A DNA stretch of 64,000 nucleotides from an uncultured Chloroflexia bacterium (lineage in GTDB: Bacteria; Chloroflexota; Chloroflexia; QHBQ01; JADMIH01). Shown here piece after piece: positions 30,224 to 38,071 of this stretch. The DNA lies in the NCBI GenBank assembly GCA_963797095.1, contig CAWCNY010000004.1, positions 576,001 through 640,000 on the forward strand, given 5' to 3'. Both the position numbers and the translations under genes were made by a program. Under the pieces are notes generated by a model. That model had not been told where the DNA came from, ran no database searches, and saw only the letters and a list, made by a program, of their open reading frames with translations. Position 1 is the first letter of the stretch. Each line of letters starts with the position of its first letter.

Positions 30224-31471
30224 TCATATCTTGCGCGAGCGCTTGCGCTTGCTGACTGCGCTCTCGTACAGGCGATTGAAGGTGCGTGCGGTGGTTTGCC
30301 AGTTCAACTCAGTCTCGACACGCCTGCGCCCAGCCTCGCCGTACTGCACGCGCAGCTCAGGCGCATCCAGCAGCAGATTGATCGCCGCCGATAGCTCACC
30401 TGGCTGCTTTTCGGGCACCAACAAGCCATTATCGCCGTCCTTAACTACCAGCGGAATCCCTGCCACAGTAGTCGCCACCACCGGGCGCGCCGATGCCATC
30501 GCTTCCAGCAAGGTGTTCGGCAGTCCATCTACGTTCCCCTGCTGGTCGACCACAGAGGGGAGCACGAATAGATCGCAGCCGCTGAAAAAGAGGGGCATCC
30601 GGTCCCGCTGCACCCAGCCGGGCATGATCACCGACTTCTCCACGCCTAATTGTTTGACGAGCGATTCGAGCCGTGGTTGCAGGTCGCCGCCTCCCGCGAT
30701 CACGATGCGCGCATTGGGGTGCTGCCGCAGTATTGCGGGCACGGCCCGTATCAGGTACTCAAACCCCTTCTTATACACCATGCGGCCCACCGCGAACACC
30801 ACCAGCGAGTCTTTCGGCAGTCCAAGCTCCTTCTTTAGCAGAGGCGCAGCACCATCTATGCGTGTAAACTGCCCTGGGTCCACTCCATAGGGAACGAGGT
30901 GACATCGCGAAGCTGGCGCGCCAAGCGCGATTGCACGCTGCAAAAGATCGTCACTGGGTGCGGTGATGGCGCTCGCCCGCCCGAAGCACCAGCGCGCCAC
31001 CCTTGCCACCAACCCACTTTGCTCAGCCACAAACACGTCCGACCCATGCATACTGATGACCAACGGTAGGCGGCGCAAACGCGCCACGATGGCCGCCACC
31101 GGGCCGTTAGGCACCACCCAGTGCGCGTGCATGATATCGAACTTGATTTTGCCTGTAAGCCGCCATAGCGCCCATAGCGCGCTGATGAACACCACCGGCG
31201 TCAGAGGATAGATAACACCCTTCACGCGCACATCGGCTTCCAGCGATTCGGCGTACCCCCAGATGTTGAGGTTGCGAAACGGGCTGTACTTGAAGAAGTG
31301 CAGGTGCACTCCCTTCTCGACAGGCTGGCGGCGCACATCGGGATGGTAAGGAGCGATGAGATGGACTTCGTTGCCCAGCGCGGCCACGCTTGAGCCGATC
31401 GATTCGATGAAGGGCGCCGTGACGTCACCCTCGTACTTTGGGTATGACGAGGTGACCATGCAGATTCTCAT
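30224..31471 (-). CDS. Glycosyltransferase family 4
   Basis: 'MRICMVTSSYP', 'HAHWVVP', 'HGSD', 'VGRMVYKKG', 'DGLPNTLLEAMA'. Confidence 0.93.
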   Translation of the reverse strand: MRICMVTSSYPKYEGDVTAPFIESIGSSVAALGNEVHLIAPYHPDVRRQPVEKGVHLHFFKYSPFRNLNIWGYAESLEADVRVKGVIYPLTPVVFISALWALWRLTGKIKFDIMHAHWVVPNGPVAAIVARLRRLPLVISMHGSDVFVAEQSGLVARVARWCFGRASAITAPSDDLLQRAIALGAPASRCHLVPYGVDPGQFTRIDGAAPLLKKELGLPKDSLVVFAVGRMVYKKGFEYLIRAVPAILRQHPNARIVIAGGGDLQPRLESLVKQLGVEKSVIMPGWVQRDRMPLFFSGCDLFVLPSVVDQQGNVDGLPNTLLEAMASARPVVATTVAGIPLVVKDGDNGLLVPEKQPGELSAAINLLLDAPELRVQYGEAGRRRVETELNWQTTARTFNRLYESAVSKRKRSRKI

Positions 31472-31485
31472 GGAGTTATTTTACA

Positions 31486-31875
31486 TTACTGCCGCAAGGA
31501 AAGAACGTACTGCACAACCTCGTCAAGGTCCGCATCGGAGATAGCCGACGTACCGAATCCAGGCATGAGACCCCTGCCGTGACGCACTACCTGCTTGATC
31601 TCATCTGCCGAAATTGTGAGCATCTTGAGCGAAGGTCCCGTTCCGCGCCCGCCGCCAGGGTGGCAGGTATTGCAATATTGCATGAAGATGACCTCGCCCT
31701 TCGGCCTCACCACTGTAGGCACGGCCGTGCCACCCGGCGGCAACGGAGTGCTGCCGGCGCTATCCGAGCAGGCAACGATACCGAAAGTAACAACTAGCGT
31801 CACAACGAGCGAGAGAATACCCTTTACCGGGCGCAGCCTTCGAGAGAATAGAGTAACTTGCCGAAAATATGGCAT
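31486..31875 (-). CDS. Monoheme cytochrome c lipoprotein
   Basis: CxxCH (CNTCH), distal Met in 'GLMPGF', lipobox-like IVAC after a hydrophobic stretch; start uncertain. Confidence 0.85.
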   Translation of the reverse strand: MPYFRQVTLFSRRLRPVKGILSLVVTLVVTFGIVACSDSAGSTPLPPGGTAVPTVVRPKGEVIFMQYCNTCHPGGGRGTGPSLKMLTISADEIKQVVRHGRGLMPGFGTSAISDADLDEVVQYVLSLRQ

Positions 31876-32305
31876 GCAATTGTCCAGGCGAATATTGGAG
31901 GACATTAGTTGACTGCTGAAGAATAAAGCGGTCCGCGCCATTTTACTATCGCACAGGCACAGAATCAAGCACCGCGCGCTCTATCGCGAAGCTTGGCGTG
32001 CAAGCCGACCGCTTCGCCCATAAGACCGCATAACACCCACCGGCGACTGTTACCCGAAAACTACCCGAAAGTACACCTGCATATCTGTCCCGTTTTGGCC
32101 GACCATTGCCGTTAAGTTAATAGCGGCAGTCCGCGTTACCGCTGAGTCGCAACGAACACAAGCTCCCAAATCTTGTAGCAGACGGTCCAAAGGCACAGTC
32201 ATGCGAAGGCAAACAATGCTACAAAGTGCACCATATTTCCGCCGGTGCTATCTTCTCGAATATGCAGGCGTTATCTTTTGTAGCGGATACATCGCGATAT
32301 ACGAC

Positions 32306-32338
32306 CTCATCAAGGGCTCATCAAGGGCTCATCAAGGG
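32306..32338. repeat. Three perfect tandem copies of CTCATCAAGGG (11-mer)
   Basis: Read directly from the sequence. Confidence 0.9.
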
Positions 32339-32372
32339 CGCTATCTAACCTGGAGAAAGGGTGGGCAGCAAC

Positions 32373-32501
32373 ATGAGCGAACTTGACTACACAATTCTCA
32401 CCGCACCCGGCATTGGAACCCTCGCCGAAAAAACCGTACTGGCTATTGCCTTCGTGATGATCGTGCTTGGTGGCGTTCTCGCCTGTATGCCCGTGGCGTA
32501 A
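32373..32501 (+). CDS. Small 42-aa single-TM protein (below ORF-track cutoff)
   Basis: MSELDYTILTAPGIGTLAEKTVLAIAFVMIVLGGVLACMPVA; purine-rich GGAGAAAGG upstream; stop is directly followed by a hairpin. Confidence 0.5.
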   Translation: MSELDYTILTAPGIGTLAEKTVLAIAFVMIVLGGVLACMPVA

Positions 32502-32502
32502 C

Positions 32503-32532
32503 AAAAAGGAACCCCGGCTGCCGGGGTTCCTT
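32503..32532 (-). terminator. Intrinsic terminator of ileS (possibly bidirectional)
   Basis: AAGGAACCCCGG-CTG-CCGGGGTTCCTT perfect stem with an A-tract on its left (U-tract on the minus strand). Confidence 0.85.
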
Positions 32533-32554
32533 CCTGCGTATTCGATGTGCTACC

Positions 32555-35500
32555 TTAGCGTTTCACTGCAAGATGCAATGTCGCGCTACCGACTTTCTCG
32601 TCCTGCTTATAAGCGCCTTCGTCGGCCTCCCCATCCACCAGTTCTCTAGACAGAGTCTCCGCCTTCAGGTAATCCCCGAATTGCTTGAGCGCGCCTTCGA
32701 CCAGAGAACGGTCGTCCCCCTCCGGCCCCTCAACCCTGTAATAAGTGGTTATCCGGTCGCTGACCGTGAAGTCGGCGGACTTACGCATATCGTTTATTAT
32801 CCTGACGAGATCGCGCGCCAGGCCCTCTTGCAGCAGCGCCCGGTCCAGTTCCGTATCGAGCGCCACCACCAACCCCGACTCCTGCGCCACCGCAAAGCCC
32901 TCGCGCTCCCTGGTCTCCACCAGCAGATCGCCCGGTTGTAGCTCCACGGGCGCGCTTTCGCCGTCTAGGGTGACCGTCACCGGCTGTTCAGCCTCCACCT
33001 GGGCCGCCACCCGCATGGGGTCCAGCCCACCCAGGGCATCGCGTATCGCGCCTAGCCGCTTGCCATACTTCGGCCCCATCACCGGGAAGTTCGGCTTTAT
33101 GCTGTAGGTTATCAGGTCGCCAAGCTGGTTGGTGACCGTCAGCGTCTTCACGTTCAATTCCTCAAGCACCTGGTCGGCCATCCGCTCCAGCGACTCCTCG
33201 TCGCCCTTGTTCGGCAGGCGCACAAGCATCTCGCGCAGCGGCTGGCGCACCTTCACCCCCGCCTTATTGCGGGCCGCGCGCCCCAGGCTCACGAGCTTCT
33301 GGGTAAGCGCCACATCTGCCAGCAGTTGGCGGTCCACCAGCGCCTCGTCTACCTCCGGGTAGGCACAGTGGTGCACGCTCTCCGGCGCATCAGGATTCCT
33401 CCCCTCAGACTTCACAAGGTTCTGGTACATTGTCTCGGTCAGGAACGGCATCATAGGTGCCATCAGCTTGGTCAGCGTAACAAGCACCTCATACAAGGTC
33501 GAGTAAGCCGCCATCTTGTCGTTGTCCGACTCGCTCTTCCAGAAGCGGCGGCGCGAGCGGCGCACGTACCAGTTGGAGAGGTCGTCCACAAAGCTCTCCA
33601 CCTGCCTGCTGAGGCTTGCACAGTCGAACTCGTCCAACTCTGCGTGAGCCTGCGCCACCAACTCGTTCAGCCGGGCCAGTATCCAGCGGTCAAGTTCAGC
33701 ACGCTCGGCGACGGGCACGTTTGCCTCCTCAGGCACAAAGCCATCGAGGTTCGCGTACATCACAAAGAAAGAGTAGGTGTTCCACAGAGTGAGCAGGTTT
33801 CGCTTCACCTCCTCAGCTATGCCCCACCCGAAGTTCATGTTCTCGCGTGTATTGGCCGAGCAGTACATCCACCGCATAACGTCCGCTCCCATCTTCTCGG
33901 CGGCATCGTCGAACCATATCGCGTTGCCCCACGACTTGTGCATCGGCCTACCCTTCTCGTCGTGCACCTTCTCATAGGTCATAAGGGCTTTATACGGCGC
34001 GGTGTCCTCAAGCGTAACCGACATAAAGAGCATCGAGTAGAACCAGAGCCGTATCTGCTCGCGCATCTCACTAACCCAGTCGGCGGGAAACCACTTGCGC
34101 CAGTACTCGGGATCGTCCAGGTACTTGAGCGTCGAGAACGCCACTATGCCCGCGTCGAGCCAGGCGTCGCCCACCTCAGGTATGCGCGAAACCACCGCCT
34201 CGCACTTGGGGCACTTTATCTTCACCTCGTCCACCCACGGGCGGTGCAACTCAGGCAGCGCATCCACCACCTCAGGGTTGACCGCAAGCTCGCGCAGGTG
34301 CGCGCGCGACTTCGCGACGGTCACCTCACCACACTCATCGCACACATAGAATGGCAGCACCAGGCCCCAGTATCGCTTGCGCGATATGTTCCAGTCGCTC
34401 ATATTGCGCAGCCAGTTCTCCATCAGCTTGCCTGCGTACTCAGGCGTCCACTCCACTTCCGAAGCAGCCCTGAGCATGCGCGGTCGTATTTCGGCCGCGC
34501 TTATGTACCATTCACTGGCAACCCGGAACACCACATCGGTGCCGCATCGCCAGCAAACCGGGTAGCGATGGGTATAGTCCTCAAGGTTGTACAGTAATCC
34601 CTTCTCGCGCAGAGAATCGAACACCACAGGCGCGACATCGTTAACATGCATACCTGTGAACTGCCCATAGCCATTGGCATAGTGCCCATCCTCATTCAAA
34701 GGAACCAGTACCGGCAGATCGTTCACCTTGCTCAGGTCGAAGTCCTCCGCCCCGCAGCCAGGCGCTATATGCACTATGCCAGTGCCCTCCTCCTCCCCTA
34801 CAGCCTCCCACGGTATCACGCGATGCACATATGGAGTGCTTGAATTCAGCACCGACGACTGTGCCGCAAGCTCATCGAACGGCCCTGAATAGGTCAGCCC
34901 GACAAGCTCTCTCCCCTTAACCGTGCCCAGGTCTTCATAGTCACCCACCAACCGCGCGAGCGTGCCCCTCGAAAGATATATCACCTTACCACCCTGCCGC
35001 ACCTTCGCGTAGTCAAGATCGGGGTGGACGGCGGCTGCCACGTTCGCTGTGAGGGTCCAGGGCGTGGTGGTCCACACCATCAGGTTTTCGCCCTCGTGCC
35101 CAGGCGTAGTTATCGGGAAGAGGAGGAACACCGAAGTATGGGTTACTTCCCGGTAGCTATCCGTGCCCAATATCTCATGCTGAGAGAGTGACGTGCCGCA
35201 GCGCCAGCACCATGCCATAGAGCGGTTGCCCTTGTAGAGCCAGCCGTTTTCGTGGCACTTATGCAGGAAATACCATATATACTCGTTGTTGGTGTCCGAT
35301 ATGGTGTAATACGAATTGTCCCAGTCGTTCCACATGCCCAGGCGTTTCGACTGGCGCGTTATTATGTCGGCGTACTTGAGCACGCGTTCCCGGCAAGCAC
35401 GCGCAAAGCGGTCGAGGCCATAGGCTTCTATCTCACGCTTGGAGTTGAAGCCCAGCTCCTTCTCGACCTCCACTTCCACCCACAGGCCCTGCCCATCGAA

Positions 35501-35752
35501 GCCGTTCTGCCAGCGTAGGTCGTATCCCTTCATAGCGTGATACCGCTGGAAAACGTCCTTGAAGGTACGTCCCCAACCGTGATGCACTCCCATAGGGTTA
35601 TTAGCCGTTATAGGCCCATCTATAAACGACCAGCGATCTTTTCCCTCATTCTTCTTCTGGAGCTTCCGAAAAGCGTCGGTCTGCTCCCAGAACTCGAGTA
35701 TCCCATGTTCCATTTTCGGGAAATCGAGTTTATTGTCTACAGGTTTGAACAT
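32555..35752 (-). CDS. ileS: Isoleucine--tRNA ligase, type 2
   Basis: 'DGPITANNPMGVHH', 'WTTTPWTL', 'GTGIVHIAPG', 'DWNISRKRYWG', 'PMHKS', 'LSNWYVRRSRRRFW'; upstream Ile T-box. Confidence 0.97.
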   Translation of the reverse strand: MFKPVDNKLDFPKMEHGILEFWEQTDAFRKLQKKNEGKDRWSFIDGPITANNPMGVHHGWGRTFKDVFQRYHAMKGYDLRWQNGFDGQGLWVEVEVEKELGFNSKREIEAYGLDRFARACRERVLKYADIITRQSKRLGMWNDWDNSYYTISDTNNEYIWYFLHKCHENGWLYKGNRSMAWCWRCGTSLSQHEILGTDSYREVTHTSVFLLFPITTPGHEGENLMVWTTTPWTLTANVAAAVHPDLDYAKVRQGGKVIYLSRGTLARLVGDYEDLGTVKGRELVGLTYSGPFDELAAQSSVLNSSTPYVHRVIPWEAVGEEEGTGIVHIAPGCGAEDFDLSKVNDLPVLVPLNEDGHYANGYGQFTGMHVNDVAPVVFDSLREKGLLYNLEDYTHRYPVCWRCGTDVVFRVASEWYISAAEIRPRMLRAASEVEWTPEYAGKLMENWLRNMSDWNISRKRYWGLVLPFYVCDECGEVTVAKSRAHLRELAVNPEVVDALPELHRPWVDEVKIKCPKCEAVVSRIPEVGDAWLDAGIVAFSTLKYLDDPEYWRKWFPADWVSEMREQIRLWFYSMLFMSVTLEDTAPYKALMTYEKVHDEKGRPMHKSWGNAIWFDDAAEKMGADVMRWMYCSANTRENMNFGWGIAEEVKRNLLTLWNTYSFFVMYANLDGFVPEEANVPVAERAELDRWILARLNELVAQAHAELDEFDCASLSRQVESFVDDLSNWYVRRSRRRFWKSESDNDKMAAYSTLYEVLVTLTKLMAPMMPFLTETMYQNLVKSEGRNPDAPESVHHCAYPEVDEALVDRQLLADVALTQKLVSLGRAARNKAGVKVRQPLREMLVRLPNKGDEESLERMADQVLEELNVKTLTVTNQLGDLITYSIKPNFPVMGPKYGKRLGAIRDALGGLDPMRVAAQVEAEQPVTVTLDGESAPVELQPGDLLVETREREGFAVAQESGLVVALDTELDRALLQEGLARDLVRIINDMRKSADFTVSDRITTYYRVEGPEGDDRSLVEGALKQFGDYLKAETLSRELVDGEADEGAYKQDEKVGSATLHLAVKR

Positions 35753-35768
35753 GATTGGTTCCCCCTAG

Positions 35769-35863
35769 TTCGTACTGCGTACTGCGTATTGTGCACATCA
35801 CGTTGGATACATAGCGTATTGTGCGCTGAACAACCAAACAAAATACGCAGTACGAAGTACGAA
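35769..35863. repeat. Inverted pair of heptamer arrays (CGTACTG-type) between the RNase H gene and ileS
   Basis: 35769-35790 vs reverse complement of 35842-35863 match at 21/22 nt. Confidence 0.8.
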
Positions 35864-35875
35864 GTACGCAATATT

Positions 35876-36952
35876 CTAGTGCCCCAGCAATTTCACCGTC
35901 TCCTCTCGCGGTTGCCATTCGATCTGCCAGGCACCAAACTGGTCGAGCAGTTCCATTGCCTGAGTGTGGCGGGTTCTCAGGCCCGCATCCTTAACTTTGT
36001 AATTCCCCTGTAGCTGGTTGGCTACCAGGTCGCTGTCGGTCTTAATTTCAAGTGCCACGCCATCGGGCGTGCGATTGGTGGCCCTGAGGCGTTCAACTAT
36101 GTAGTGCAGGCTGGCCAGCAAGCTATCGTACTCGGCCTGATTATTTGTGTAGTTGGGTCCAAACTCAACGCGCTTTATTACTGGCTTCCTGCCGGGCGAT
36201 TGCACCAGATAGGAACCATAGCCCTGACCGGGGTTGCCCCTGCTCCCCCCATCGAAGACCACCAGCAGTTCCATCAAGCCTTTATCGTCGGCTTCCTCCT
36301 CAGCCTCGACCTCCGCTTCTGCTTCAGCCACCGGTTGCGGTTCAGGTTCAGGGGCCGGTCTCCGCCGTTCAGGACGCGGCTGCCCGGTTAGCTCGGAGGC
36401 GCGACGCATCAGGCCTGAAATGTCTGGCCGTGACTCTTCCGGCTCGGCAGAAGCTTCAGTTGCCGGTGCTTCGCGTAACCGGGCAGGAGCAGGCTCTTCT
36501 GCGGGTGGCGCAGGCTCGACCTTGTAGAGGCGCTCGCGTGCAACTTCTATCCGTGCAGGGGCCTTCGCAACGGGTTCCGCTTCGATCCCCAGTGCGCGGT
36601 CCGAGAGCACCACCAGGGGTGTGACCACAAGCACGCGCAGGGCTTCTCGCGTGGCCGAAAGTGTGTGAGGCTCACGCGGAGCGATGCGGATCACAGAGCT
36701 GGGGCGTAGTTGCACCACAGGCCCACCTGCACCTCCCATGATCTCACCGGCGCCCGCAATCACATACAGGAAATGCTCCTCAGGTGTTTGCATGGCAGGG
36801 GTGGATGCGCCCGGCTCGACCTCAAGCATATCGAGCGCCACCAGCCCACCCGAAGCCTGAGCCGCCCCCGAAGGGTGTAGAGGCGTAACCCGCGCTCCAT
36901 CGCCCAATGGACGAGAGCGCCCGGCCGCCGAGGAAAGATCGAATAATTCCAT
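35876..36952 (-). CDS. rnhA: Cupin domain - Pro/Glu-rich linker - ribonuclease HI fusion
   Basis: C-terminal 'FDGGSRGNPG', 'TNNQAEY', 'TDSDLVANQ'; N-terminal cupin 'EEHFLYVIAGAG...IRIAPREPH'; ATG 36952 after GAGGAG. Confidence 0.85.
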   Translation of the reverse strand: MELFDLSSAAGRSRPLGDGARVTPLHPSGAAQASGGLVALDMLEVEPGASTPAMQTPEEHFLYVIAGAGEIMGGAGGPVVQLRPSSVIRIAPREPHTLSATREALRVLVVTPLVVLSDRALGIEAEPVAKAPARIEVARERLYKVEPAPPAEEPAPARLREAPATEASAEPEESRPDISGLMRRASELTGQPRPERRRPAPEPEPQPVAEAEAEVEAEEEADDKGLMELLVVFDGGSRGNPGQGYGSYLVQSPGRKPVIKRVEFGPNYTNNQAEYDSLLASLHYIVERLRATNRTPDGVALEIKTDSDLVANQLQGNYKVKDAGLRTRHTQAMELLDQFGAWQIEWQPREETVKLLGH

Positions 36953-36963
36953 TACTCCTCCAG

Positions 36964-37230
36964 AAAACAAAAACCCCGTCCTCCCTAAAGAAGGACGGGC
37001 ATTACCCGCGGTACCACCTTCGTTGGTGCACATCGTGCGCCCACTTGTATGCGCCTGCCGGCAGGCTCGACGCGGCCCCTGTAACGGTGGGCAACTCCGG
37101 CCCCACTTAGTCTCCAGGATCGGATTTCAGCGGGCGGCTCAGGAACGATTTTCGACGGGTTTCCAGCAGCCGGTCGCACCAACCCCGGCCTCTCTGTACC
37201 TTCCACACGCCTACTCTTTCCGTCATAGCC
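36964..37230 (-). ncRNA. T-box riboswitch (Ile, AUC specifier), transcriptional type
   Basis: Stem I with AGUA, AGAGA and GGUGCGA motifs; specifier loop GAAA-AUC (37149-37147); T-box AAGGUGGUACCGCG (37020-37007); terminator hairpin 36999-36975 plus U-tract. Confidence 0.93.
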
Positions 37231-37250
37231 TATTCACCTATGTTGTGAAA

Positions 37251-37279
37251 ATGATAACATTGCGAGCATGCGATGTCAA
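37251..37279 (-). promoter_or_regulatory. Sigma70 promoter of the T-box operon
   Basis: TTGACA (37279-37274), 17 nt, then TATCAT (37256-37251) with extended TG. Confidence 0.8.
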
Positions 37280-37372
37280 GCGTACTGTAGTAGGATTTGT
37301 GTGTGGGGCTTGAGGAGTAGACCCGTCTTTCGTATTCCCCCGACGCATCAGGTGGAAGCCAACACTCTGTTT

Positions 37373-37381
37373 TGATATAAT
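37373..37381 (+). promoter_or_regulatory. Extended -10 promoter of tRNA-Lys
   Basis: TG-a-TATAAT 9 nt upstream of the tRNA 5' end. Confidence 0.6.
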
Positions 37382-37390
37382 TAGGGGTGC

Positions 37391-37463
37391 GTGCCCGTAG
37401 CTCAGTCGGCAGAGCAATTGACTTTTAATCAATGGGTCGTGGGTTCGAGTCCCGCCGGGCACA
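37391..37463 (+). tRNA. tRNA-Lys (anticodon UUU), CCA not encoded
   Basis: Acceptor GTGCCCG/CGGGCAC, D-arm GCTC/GAGC, anticodon arm ATTGA-CTTTTAA-TCAAT, T-loop GGTTCGAGTCC. Confidence 0.97.
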
Positions 37464-37492
37464 CTTGAAATTGTGTAAATTGGCACGAAAAC

Positions 37493-37520
37493 GCCCCCTT
37501 AGTCAGTCTGAGGGGGCTTT
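37493..37520 (+). terminator. Terminator after tRNA-Lys
   Basis: GCCCCCTTAG-TCAGT-CTGAGGGGGC followed by TTT. Confidence 0.7.
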
Positions 37521-37581
37521 ACTATAGGGTTTTACGACAGTTTTACAACAGTTAGATTTCGGAGCAGAGGCGAGGGTTCAG

Positions 37582-37812
37582 ATGGAAGAAAGCTACTCGA
37601 CACTATATACAGATTTGCTCGCAAAGTTGGAAAGCCTTGCGAAGCGCTTACTCGACCCAATAGACCCTACACCTGCTGCTCTATGGAACATAGAAAAAGA
37701 CCTTATTGGCTATCAAGTAGGTACTCAGAACGCTATTGCAAGTGAAAGGAAAATTGGCGGTCTTTCAAACGTGGCGAGGCTCAACCCTGACGTGTCACTT
37801 GGTCGAACTTAG
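37582..37812 (+). CDS. Hypothetical protein or gene remnant in an AT-richer segment
   Basis: 76-aa ORF with GAGGG SD; no recognisable motif. Confidence 0.35.
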   Translation: MEESYSTLYTDLLAKLESLAKRLLDPIDPTPAALWNIEKDLIGYQVGTQNAIASERKIGGLSNVARLNPDVSLGRT

Positions 37813-38071
37813 CAACAGTCAAATCATATCGGTAGACGAAGTTACAAGGTGCCTACTGAATTTAAGTAATGGAGAGTTGAACCCCAAGATCCTTGACGGG
37901 TCCTTGGAGTTTGAAGAGTTGAATTTGAGGTCCGTTGTACTTTTTCCTTATACAGTTCACTGCGGGCTCTCAGTAACTCACATGACAAACCGACGCAAAT
38001 GGTGTATTATCTATAGCAGCGAGTGCCCTTACATTCGCAGCGGTTCGTACTGTATTTCACAGGAGAGCATT

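Noticed and set aside
32373-32501. 42-aa ORF as an Flp pilin
   Set aside because: The Glu is not at +5 from a Gly cleavage site and the following Tyr is absent
33326-34597. 423-aa plus-strand ORF
   Set aside because: Antisense shadow of ileS
36953-37486. Short ORFs and the rnhA extension overlapping the T-box and tRNA
   Set aside because: They overlap structured RNA elements and are better explained by those
37736-38071. N-terminal 112 codons of ORF 37736..39199
   Set aside because: The SD and signal peptide begin at 38072; the extension looks non-coding or like remnant sequence
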